Below, piece after piece: positions 12,710-23,565 of a DNA stretch of 54,338 nt (position 1 is the first letter of the stretch; every line of letters starts with the position of its first letter). Below the pieces are notes generated by a model that saw nothing but the letters and a program-made list of their open reading frames with translations, was not told where the DNA came from and made no database searches. The stretch covers positions 1 through 54,338 of the forward strand of contig JAHBMJ010000140.1 of assembly GCA_018398765.1 (NCBI GenBank). The letters are read 5' to 3'. The position numbers were made by a program, and so were the translations under genes. The stretch comes from Chromera velia (Eukaryota).

Positions 12710-13470
12710 TCACGATCTGTCTCCGTCTTTCCTTATTCGAGGAAGCCTTTGCATCTTCCTCCTTTCAGTCGGCCTGGCCGTTGCTTTGGGAGCAACATTG
12801 ATAACCTGCCCGTACCTATCAATTCTTTGTGGTTTCGTCAGCCAAGAACCTATCCTCTCTTCTGCAGCCGCAGTCTTCCCACAATTCTGCAGTTGAGCCG
12901 AGAATTCTTGTGTTTTCATTGTGAATATAGACGGTCTCTCTGAGCGCGTCGTTGCCAGCTTCCTGTATATACAGCTGGGCGCCGTTGTCACTCAACCTGT
13001 CAGATATCATTTAGGTCAGTGCATGACAAAAGCCTGTTTCTCTTCTTCAACACAAGAATCCTCTCTTTCCTTCCTGTGGTCGAACAACGCTTGACAGAAC
13101 AACACTTCCATCCTTACCCTGAATGTTACTCGATGAATCTTGACTCCTCTGAGTTTGTTTTGTCCGCATGCCTGTTGTTTCTCTTCCTTGGTTTGCAGCA
13201 GCAAGGAGCCTTCTTCTTCACCCGGCTTGCGCTTCATGACCTTGGAGAAGCAACAATCTCTCTTGATCCTACAGGTTAGTACGGGCTCAACACAGTTTGT
13301 TTGTTCTGCCCCAACTGCGCCACGTCTGCAAAACAGAGAGGCATTAGACCTCAGTCCTTTATAAACTGCTCCGTACAAGTTTGGCTGGCTCTCGCAGGCG
13401 TTGGCAAAGAAGGGTTTCCAATCAGCAAATGTATCAGCTGACTACTGATGTAGGGTTTCTGATGCATATC
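12710..13470 (-). pseudogene. Possible degenerate retroelement (integrase-like) relic
   Basis: Microsatellite-free, coding-like sequence broken across frames. ORF 12819-13010 contains LSDNGAQL and ALRETVYIHN, weakly resembling LTR-retrotransposon integrase motifs. Confidence 0.2.
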
Positions 13471-13773
13471 TTCCTTTTTCGATCGATCACCGATCCCCGA
13501 TCGAGAAGGTAGAGGCATGGCTGCCTTGCCCTTGCATGCAATGGATGGTCATGGTTTGCTTGGTTTTCGATCTTTCCCTCCCACTGAAACTCCTACGACT
13601 GATTGGAGTCGCAGTGATTCATTTATAACTCTCTTCAATCTGTGCATATGGTGTGTTACTTGCCTGCCTCATCTCTCGACCTTCTCCTTTTTACCTGCTT
13701 ACATTTGTTCGATCGGAGTCGAACCTCTGGTGACCAAGCTTTGAGGCCTTGGCGTTCTAGTGGGCGGCGCTGC

Positions 13774-14233
13774 ATGGCGGTGGGGGGACCTGAACGCGCC
13801 CTGCGATGCCTCATCTATCCAAGTGAGTGTGGGCCTTTCAACTTTTCTCCGTTCTCTTTCTCTTTTCTTTTCTTCTTCTCTTGCCTCTATTCCTAGTTTC
13901 TTTGTGTGATAGTAGGCGTGAGTACTCAAAGAGAATCGAGCTGCATGTACTGTCCCGTACACTTCTTTCTTCTGTTTCATTTCTGTGTCTAAAAGTCCCT
14001 TTGCTCAAAACAGCCGCACTCTTCATCCATTGAGTTGTTTCTGGTACGACCGCTTGTCTTTCTTCTTCTCCTCTGCTTCTTGCCCTCCTATCTGCACATA
14101 TGCAGTCAGAAGGAGACGTACCGGCAAAGAGGCCCGGGAGAGGGTCAAGGAGTATAGAAGGGAATCCCTGGAAGCTCACACATCAGATTCAGAGTGCGAC
14201 GAGCTGTATCATGCAGACTCATTTGCTGGATAG
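13774..14233 (+). CDS. Possible two-exon 58-aa hypothetical protein
   Basis: Exon 13774-13822 ends at GTGAGT; a pyrimidine tract plus ATGCAG acceptor precedes exon 14106-14233. Phases match, giving MAVGGPERALRCLIYPIRRRRTGKEARERVKEYRRESLEAHTSDSECDELYHADSFAG. No recognisable homology. Confidence 0.22.
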
Positions 14234-14855
14234 GCACGGAGTTGGACTTTAGAGGAGACCCTCAAGGGCACAGCCAAAATCCTAACAACCCGAAATAAGC
14301 ACTTCATCCACCGCTGCAGTGAAGCATGAAACAAGTCAAGGAAGGGAAAAAGAAAGAAACGCAGGAGCTGCATTAGAATAGCAGAACCGAGCAGGGAAAG
14401 GGAAGGGGGTTGGTTTTTTTGACATGGATAGTACTGGAAGTTAACGGTGGGTCCTCTTAAAGTTGTGGGGAGTGAAAGTCGGACTGTCTGACTGACTGAT
14501 TGGATGACTTGAATAGAGAGAAGAAGGGGGAAAGAGAGCCTGCATTCAGAGCCGTTCATCCCTCCTCCCTGCTGTCTCTAGCAAAAAAGGAAAGAAAAGA
14601 AGTCGGCATGAGTGACGGCATTCACCTCGATCTGTCTGGGTGTTTGCTTTACTTCTTTAATTTTATGTTTACAGCTTCCTTACCCCTTCGAATGTCTGCA
14701 AAGGGAGAAGAAAGAAGGCGCAACTCTATGTGTTACCGTCTCCTGCATTCATTCAGTCATCCTAGTGTGGACTTCTGCGGGTCCATTCACCAATGAGATA
14801 GGGAACAGGGGAAAAAGAGGGTGGGGGGGGGTTCGCAAGTTTCTCTATTGCTTTG

Positions 14856-14940
<85 letters not shown>

Positions 14941-16987
14941 TATGTATGTTATTAGTGAGTGAGTGATCGTTAGGTTTATGGATGTGCTTTTCCCTCTTTC
15001 AATCCTTTCTCTTCTTCCTTTCTTATCATTTTTTGTGCTCGCCGTCTGACTGACTTTCCGAAAGAAAGACCATGCAAGACGATTTACTCTTCTCCGGATG
15101 TCTGTTACACTCGTCTTCTGTTCCTGTATGCCTGTCTGAAAGTGAAAGATGAAAGAGAAAAGGGTGAGGGGGAGAGCAGTGTGAGAGAGTGATGGCATTC
15201 TTCCTTTTGTTTGTGATTGTCTCTCTTCTATCTGATGCAGCAAAAACATGCACCCACATTTATCGCACTGGGGGGGGGACGCCTTACTCTTGTTACTTGG
15301 TAAGCACCGTTGTTCTTTCTATCCCCTGTAGCCCTCCTTCCTCCATTCGATTTCTTCCATGAATTTTCAGCAGACTGGAAGGAAGGAAAACGGATGGAGG
15401 CGGCCTTGCCTTCCTTTATGAGTTGCAGGTGAAGTTGTTTCGGAGAGGGAAGAGAAGAGAAGTACACAGGTGGTCCTTCTTTTTCTTTCTCTTCTTCATT
15501 CACAAAACACTTCAACATCTTTGTCATTCGCGCCTTTTTGCCTTCTATCGGGCACTCGCGACCGAGCAAGCAAGCAAGCAGCGCAGAAGAGGAGAGAGTG
15601 AAGGAAGGAAGGAGCATGAGCTCGACAAACAGTTGAGGAATTCGCTCCTGGATGGCTAGAAAAATGGAAGGAGGCAGCAATCTGCCGATTTGGTGTATGG
15701 CTAGCCCCCCCTGTCTTTTTCTTGAACCTTCGTTCCGTCCTTGTGCGTGCGGAGTGTATATCTTTCTTACTTTTCTTCCTGCCCTGTTCTCTTTTCATCT
15801 TCTTTATCATGATCATAATCACGAATCTCTCCTCTCCTCTCCTCCTTTTTCTACTGGTTTGGATGAATTCAATGAAAAAGAAAAGGGTCGATGCGGTCTA
15901 CATGTATGTCAATCAGCTTGATTTTCCTTCTTCCTCTGCTCTTTCTTTCTTTCCTTCTGTTTCTCTTTCGTCTGTTGCTGAGGTTTTCTTTTTCTTCTGT
16001 CTTGTCTTGCATGTATGTTCTTCCTTTGGCTGCTCTGTTGTCAGCTGGATTGCTTCATGGCCCGCTGGCTGGGTCTTCGTGTCTGCGTGTCCATCATCTT
16101 TCGTCTGTGTACAAAATGAAAGAGAAAAACGATTGGGGGGTAACCAGAGCAACAAGTGAGCAGCCGTTCCGTCCAGACTGCATTTGTAAAGAGGGGGGCA
16201 GTTCTCGGCCTCCAGTGGAAAGGGAACGAAAGAAGGAAAGAAGGAAATCTAAAGACGCTTTAACGGTACGAATTTCAAACAGGGGACAAAAAGGGGGAAG
16301 GGGGGGAGGGGGCGACGGGCTACGATGTGAGCCTATTTGCGTGTGGTTGCTGGATAGCCTGTTTGTTAGAAAGTTCGTCGAAGGGATGCGAGAAAATAAG
16401 AAAGTAAGTCAAAGAGAGGGTGAGAAACAAAGAGGTAGATTGACTGATCGAATGACGGGGCGTCATTCGGTCGTGCCCTCCCGCCATTCTGGTTTGGGTA
16501 GAAAATGAAAGAAGTCTGAAGGCCGATAGAAGAATATGTCAAAGGTTTGTTCCCTTCTAGCTACTGCTGGTGAGGGTCCACTGAGGGAGAGGGAGCTAAC
16601 AAAAGGAGAGGCAGGAAGCGGCCTTTCCTCTCTTCTGACAGGCGGACAAGAAGAGCTCAAGTCAGAAATTAACGAAGTCGGAAGCCCTGCAGACTTCTAG
16701 ATGAGGAAGAAGTGGTATGCAACTAAAGTTGGTACCAAGGGAGCCAGTAGCGGTTCTATCGATACCTGCCGACAAGCTTATCTTAGAGTTTGTCTTTTCT
16801 CTGCTCCTGTTGTATAGTGTGCTGATAATCTCCTGTACCACTGTGCGAACCACGTAGCGCTTCTAGGAGCACTTACAGTAGTGGTTTACTCTATTACAGG
16901 TATTAAAAAACGGTTTAAAAACCAGAACCCCTCATGGTAGAAACAGTTTTAAAAACATTTGAATTCGCTGACTTAATTAGCTGTGAC

Positions 16988-17329
16988 CAGGGTTGCTTTT
17001 TTTTTCGGCGGCAGAGAAGAGCGATTGCCGGCATGACGGCAATTGCCGGCAGAGCTTGTCGCCACCGGCAGAACGACTGGCAGTCGATGGCAGAGAAAGT
17101 TAGAGTTCAATAATAAAATCCATGGGTCATTATCTGTTAGAGTTAGTTTATGTACACTGTACACAGTCCGTTTATAGGTTTAAATAGTGTGACAGTCCAA
17201 AAATTTTTTTTTGAGACTCATTTTTTTACCATTTTTTTTTCAGCAGTGACTAAGTCAGAAATGTCCATTGCTGGCAGACCGGCAATTACCGGCAACGAAG
17301 GGTCATTACCGGTAGCGATCGCAACCCTG
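16988..17329. mobile_element. Probable non-autonomous DNA transposon (hAT-like MITE), 342 bp
   Basis: Terminal inverted repeat CAGGGTTGC...GCAACCCTG, clustered subterminal TT(G/A)CCGG(C/T)A motifs at both ends and an AT-rich centre. No clear target-site duplication. Confidence 0.5.
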
Positions 17330-18442
17330 TTCGTACATTTTACGCAGTGATGAAGTCGGCATATATCGTGCCAGGGGGGGGTATACAAGGGGATTAAAAA
17401 AGTTTACTAAGGTCATAACTAGGGTCATAATCCCGGTCATTTTGTGTCACTTTTCTTTAAAACAATCATGCATCTTTATAGGTGTCTGCTGTGACTATAT
17501 ACCCATTTTTAATGCCTGTCTAGGTCGAATCTAGATAATTTTTAAATAGTTGATTCAATTTTTTTTTTTATCTACCTTCATTATTATTATTAATTGTCTC
17601 TACCTAGCTTCATTGTCTTTTCTAGTGCTATTCATTGCTAGCCTAGTTGCTAGCTCCATTGTCCTTCATATGTATATATTCCCTTCAAGTTTAAGGGTTA
17701 CTAGTACTGAAACACTTTTGAAAAAACCTTAAGTAACTTGTTTTGCGTAACTTTTTACGAGTTACTGAAGCCTATTTTCATGCTGCCATGAATAATAATT
17801 TAATATATATATATATATATATATATATCTTAGTATAGAATCTATAGATAAACATATTTACGCGCTTTTATCACAGTTATACACAGTGTCCACGCAAAGA
17901 TGCATACACACATACATACACTTTTGTTGAACAATAAAAAACATAGAAAACAATTAACGTTTTAAAAATCTAGGTATAGAATGTTTTGAAACAATCAATC
18001 ACTGGCAATTAATAATGATACTAGACTATTACTAGTAATCCTAACATATTAAATCTATATTATAGCATCATGAGTTTCCGAACAGTTTTACTTTTTTTTA
18101 GCTAAAACATCACATCAAACCAATTTCAAAGTTGTTATCCATTTTGAAATTATTTTGGAGATAAAATATAGCATTTAATTTAATAACAACAGAACAACTT
18201 GACTCGGAGACTGTTCGCTTTGTTCCGATACTCACCGATACTAGGGCTTTAAGCCTGAACTTCTGTGTCGGATTTGGAGGCCTCAGAGTACCTCAGAGCC
18301 TGACTGCACCCCCCCCTCCCCCCCTTTATTACACCCCTCTCCCGCATTGGGTCTCCATTTAAGCCAGAAAAGTAACAGATAGAGAGGACGCAACTCTTTT
18401 GTGGTGTATCTAACAAAGCCGCACTCGAGCTGAGACATCAAG

Positions 18443-19857
18443 CTAGAGTCCGTCGGAGTCCGAAGAGGAAGAAGAACATTCGAGGGGCCGCAAACGACGC
18501 CAACGCTTTGGCACCTTTTCTTTTTCTGCGTGCAGTGCACCCAGATTCTTGTAGTCCTCTGTCCTCCTGTCAACTTTTCTCTTTCTTTTGGTTTCTCTCC
18601 CTGCTTTTTGCATTTCCTTCCTCTTCCTCGTCCCGTCAAGCACTTGTCCTTCATCAGACTCGGAACGCTCTGTGTGATCACTCAGAGAGGATTCATCACC
18701 GTCTCCAGCCACAAACTCCCTCAGTAGACTTTCCTCACGCGAAGAGTCTGGCCCCACAGGGTCCCCTACCTCTCCTCCCCTCTCACACTCAGAATCGGAA
18801 TCTGATCCTCCCACAGGCCTCCTCCTCCTCGCGCTACTCAAAGGAAAGAACGGCTCCTCGGAAAGAGCCGAAGAGGAGGATGATACTGTTGCTGTATGGC
18901 CGGCCTCAACACAGCGAGGACAGAGCCACTCTCCCTCAGGCACCTCAGGCAGAGGAGGACTGAGGCAATCCATGTGGCAAGCCCCCAAACACCCGAAAGC
19001 GTCGCGGTCGCAGATCAGCAACACCTCCTCTCTGTCATTCGACCCACAAACCAGGCACCGCACTGCGTCCAGCGCATCTGCGTGCATGCATGAATGCAAA
19101 AACAAGGAATGGAATCTCTAATTCTTGTGAAGGCGTGTGTGTGTGTGTGGTTAAAGCGGAGCGCTGGGTCTCCGTGTTGTGTCCCCGCAAGCCAACAGGT
19201 TTGTTTTGTACGTGTCCTCTGCAGCGCTTTACGCAAAAAGGCTTCAGAAGTACCGGCAAGGGAGAAGAAAAAGAAAGAGAAGGAGAGGAAGCAGAGGCAG
19301 GGGAGGAAAGAGAGGAGAACGAGGGAGTTAATGCAGACAGAAGAGAGAGGGATGGAACGAGAAATAGGCCGGTAGGAAGAAAGGAAGGAGGATTTAAGGA
19401 ATTAAGGCAGAGATCTTCGTTGACAGCAAGTAGGAGAAAGAGCTCACACACAGAGACAGAAGGAACGCGAATGCAGAACCCATTACTTTGACCCAGGCCT
19501 GACACCCACCCACCCACCCACCAGGCAAATCGCCACCGTGTTGAAGCCGTTTCTCTTCAACCGCCAGGCGTCTCCACTGATTTCCATACAGCGCCCCTCT
19601 TCTTTCGCCCCCCCTGTCGACAGAAGAAGAGGAAGCCGAAGAAAGAGAAGAAAAAGCAAACTTCGGACCCCCCCCCTTCTTGAAGATCTGCTGCCCTCCA
19701 TCCGAGTCTCCGGTATCCCCTCCTTTGTGTTCTGACTCTCTCTCTGTGTGCTGCCACAGAATCGCAAAAAACTCCTTCCGACAGAGAGGACATAAGTTGC
19801 AGTGCTGAGCCCACCCCTTTAGACAATCCAAACAAAAATTGTGCCTGCTTGCACGCG

Positions 19858-19901
<44 letters not shown>

Positions 19902-22900
19902 GAGAGAGAGAGAGAGAGAACACACGCACACACATACATACACACACACACAGAGAGAGAGAGAGAGCCGGAGGGAGAAACACGCGGGGGGTCGTCTTCT
20001 TCTCTTTTCCGCCCCACATCAACATTTCATTTCGCAAAACAACACAGAGAGCCGGACGGAGAGACATGCACAAAGACAACCAAAAAGGCAACAGGCAGAC
20101 AGACAGGAAGGCAGATGGAAATTCAGAGAGAAATCAACACACATATCCATCATCGCTAAGTATGGCCTTCATTTCTCCCGATCGTTTCAAACAACATCAG
20201 AAGGGAGAAAAAAACAAAAAAAAGGAAAACAGAGAAGGAAGAAAGGAAGGAAGGAAGGAAGAAAACCCAACGCTCTTCTGTCTCCTGACTGCATGTGCAT
20301 CGCCTAATCCGATCGGGACTTCCTCTCACACGCAATGATCAACTCACATAAGGGCCCCCTCATGCATGCATGTGGGCTTGTTGATTTCTCACTAGATTTT
20401 TTTACCTGCAGTTTTCTGGTCGGGCTTCAGCTTTCATTTCCCGCACTCCAGCGAAGCAAATTGCACAGCAGGAGGAGGAGGAGGACGTATCCTCAGATTC
20501 AATTTCCTTTTCGGCATCCGACAGAGACATCCTAGAAACATACGCGGCAGAGGGGGGAGCAGAAGGGGAAGGGGCACATTCCCCCCCCTCTGATGAAAAA
20601 AGGGAATAACCCCATGCCCTTCCCTGTCGTCTCTCTTGTTCATCCGGCTGCCTCGTTTCTTCACTCTCTACTTCTCCCCTCGTTTCCATTCTCGCATCTT
20701 TCGATAAGCCCGTCCATGATCCAGTCTGTCCGTTCAGTTTGTCTCTTTCCTCTGGGTGACCGTCCTCCAACTTCTTCCTCGACGTCTCTTGTCGCAGTCT
20801 TCGCAGTTGTGCAGCTTTCGCCTTCTCCCTCACAAACTCCGACAGACTACCCCCAGAACTTCCCCACAGTGGCTGCCTTTGCCCTTGTCTGTGCTGGCTC
20901 TGTGACTGTCCCACCCTCCCCTCGATCCCCTGGTCCCCCCGCCCCTCTCGTCGGACGCCCCCCCCATGCAGGAGAGACGCTACGGCAGCAGACTGTTGAC
21001 GTGCATGCAGGCGGAGCCGCGAGAGAAGGGAGGAGACGGCACAATTCGAAACAGAAGAAGAAGGAGGAGGAAGAGGAACCCCTCTTTCTCCCTCATCTTC
21101 CCCTTGTTCTTTTTTCCCGGCCTCCACGGCAACGCGGCCAGCAGATGCCGACAGGGGACAGGAGGCCGGAGGGACCTTCAGGGCCCCAGAATAGGAATTG
21201 TCAGGCTGATCTGATTCAGCAGTCTCTTGTTTTCTATTCCTGACCCTCTCCTCCCTCCTCCTAGTTCCCCCTCCCCTCTCTCCTGTCTGCCCATCACCCC
21301 TATTCACTGGACCGGAGGGGGTCTTTCTGTCTCTCTGCGGGGGTACCGTTGCAGTCTGCTCCTCTTCTCTTCCTGTTCGACGGACTCCGACCGCCCCCCT
21401 CTTTTTGACTTCTTCAAGACGCGAAAATGGTCCCCCCGCACCACCGAAGGAAGAAAAAGAAAAGGACGAGGGGAAGGAACTTGAGGAAGGATGAATCCCG
21501 AGGCCGTCTCCGGAGGGCTGCTGAGGCGATTTTGTTGAGTTCAATTTGTTGTTTTTCGTCTTTTCGTTTTTGTCTTTAAAGGAGCACTCAGGATCAGTCT
21601 GCGGAAGAGCGTCCGGAGACGTCGAAAGAGTCGCATCTGTTTGTTGAAATTTTGATGAGAAGTGATCGATCATCTCCCTCCCCTCACCTTCATTCTCACG
21701 TTCTTCTCTGTTCTGCCTTGACAGTTTCTTTGCTGCAGGGACTCCGTCTGTGTTATCGATCCAGCTCTGTGCTCTGTTCTGTGCAGAGAGAGAGAGTCTG
21801 AGGCTCTCTGACGAGGGGGCCGTCTGCATCATGGCCTCCTCAGGCTGCTGATCCCTTCCTACATCGTCAAGGACTTCCTGTCCTCTATTTTTCTCCCGGG
21901 CCCCGTCTCTGTCTCTGTCTGTATCTCCCCCCCCGTCTGCTTCTTCTCTGCATCCTCGCAGTCCTCCCACCGGCACGGGAGGTCGGGAGCTCCCTCCCCT
22001 TCCTCTTCCTTCTCCTCTGACGCACGCAAGAATCTGCATGGAGAAAAAGGAAAAAGGGCAAACAAGACAAGAAAGACAGGGGGTTGGTTTTGTGAGTGAC
22101 GTCAACCGACTGACTGAATGTTTGAATACGTTGAAAGAGAAAAGGCACAAGTTATTCGTCCTCTCTCGTACCCCGCCTCCTCGCTGTCTGCCCGCACTTC
22201 AAAAGCAGCAGACGTCGGTGTGCCCTGGTGCGCACCGCATGGGAGTGAATGCTTTCTCGTCCCCCGAAAGTCCTCGAAGGAAATCTCTCTCGATTTTTAT
22301 GTACCTTTCCTTTTCGTCCAATCAAATCAATTAGCCGCTGCACGATTCTCTCATTCGTCTATTCACCCATGCACTCAATCAGCCAAGCACGTGCCTTCCC
22401 AGCCACTCGCTTACTCACTCACTCAGTTACTCCTTCATTCATCCATCAATTCATCCACTCATCTATTCAGTAGTAGAGCACGTGGCTGAGCGGGGGGAAA
22501 AGGTCTTTTTTTCCTACCGAACAGACAGACTGAAGCCAACCTCGTACCTTCTGCACCCCTGCGCATATCTTCCTCCCTCCCGGATAGGCAGCTCCCGTGA
22601 CCGCAGCGGCCGCTCCCCCTCCTGTGCCGTCTCTCTCCCTCTTCCCCTCTCTGGAGATAGACAGATACTCCTCCCTCCTCCTGGAAGTCCCCTGAACCCT
22701 GTACAAGACACGCTGCCCAAGACAAAGACAGTCCCCAGGAGTAAGAGTCCTCCGGCCAGAAGGCAGAACTTTCACACCGTTGACTTCAAAGGCGCACTCC
22801 CCCGCATTTACCGCCACCAGGACCGGAGGCCCCGTCTCGGCTTCGGCCACATCCCACTGAAGCTGCACTTTGAGTTTCCTGCTCACTGCCTGAGAACGAA

Positions 22901-23042
22901 GAAAAATTACTTCGCAGCATTCCGAGTCTTTTTGTTCGTCCCCCTTTCTCTGTAGCTGCACAACCTGATAACCACGAAGCTCGACCTCCCGAGGACACTC
23001 CCATGTCAACAGAGACAGCGCATCCCCAACAAAGTGGAGCAT
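18443..23042 (-). CDS. FHA-like + RING + PHD finger protein (putative chromatin-associated E3 ubiquitin ligase, PHRF1/CHFR-like domains)
   Basis: Exons 23042-22548, 22033-20406, 19844-19522, 19077-18443, phase-consistent. RING C3HC4: CAICF...PENC|RHNFCLDCLKGWAQHCNLCPLCR. PHD: CLVCGSNDREEVLLICD...CLGACHMDCLSPPLPEVPEGEWLCPRC. FHA-like N-terminus: AVSRK...FEVNGVKV...LTPGDCLCLG. Confidence 0.85.
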
Positions 23043-23449
23043 CCTCACTAAATTCTTCCGCTTCTTCAATAGGGACACCAAGAAAAAAAGTCCCGACTGA
23101 AGCCTGAACAAATTAACGTGCCCTTCCCAAACAGCTGTCAGTCGCGGGAGCCCCCACCAATTCTGGAAATCCTACCCTAAAGGTGTTGTGGCATTACATT
23201 CAGTTTGGAGGTGCAATGGTGGTTGCAACAGTATGCAACCGTGTGAGACCCAATTCTGTCGAGCATGCTGTGTCATACTCCAGTTATCTCATGTCAATCA
23301 TCTCTATAGACTGTTCTCACTGAGATCGTCGGACGTTAATTTGTCGGATTTGATGATTTTTGAGATCGATTCCGTCTCCTGACATCTCCTGATCGACGCG
23401 TTCGTATCCTTCGTATCGCAAGCTATAGGTCAAATGAGTGCCGAAAAAG

Positions 23450-23565
23450 TGCCGGCACCGGGATTCGACCCGGGTCCTTGTAGGTTGGCAGATATCAACT
23501 TTATACAGATGATTTCTTCCTCACTCGAAGTGAAAGTACGCGCTCTACCACTGAGCTATGCCGAC
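23450..23565 (-). tRNA. Aberrant tRNA/tRNA-like gene with a 45-nt insertion in the anticodon loop (Trp-CCA or opal-TCA reading; possibly a pseudogene)
   Basis: 7-bp acceptor stem GTCGGCA/TGCCGGC plus discriminator A; D-arm GCTC-AGTGGTA-GAGC (A box); T-arm CCGGG-TCGAAT-CCCGG (6-nt loop); TTTTT Pol III terminator 1 nt after the discriminator. The anticodon stem has only 3 Watson-Crick pairs. Confidence 0.8.

Noticed and set aside
23450..23565. tRNA-Sec, or evidence of genome-wide UGA reassignment
   Set aside because: No long variable arm or Sec-type D-arm; reconstructed exons contain no in-frame TGA, and RTF1 terminates at TGA right after its conserved C-terminal motif.
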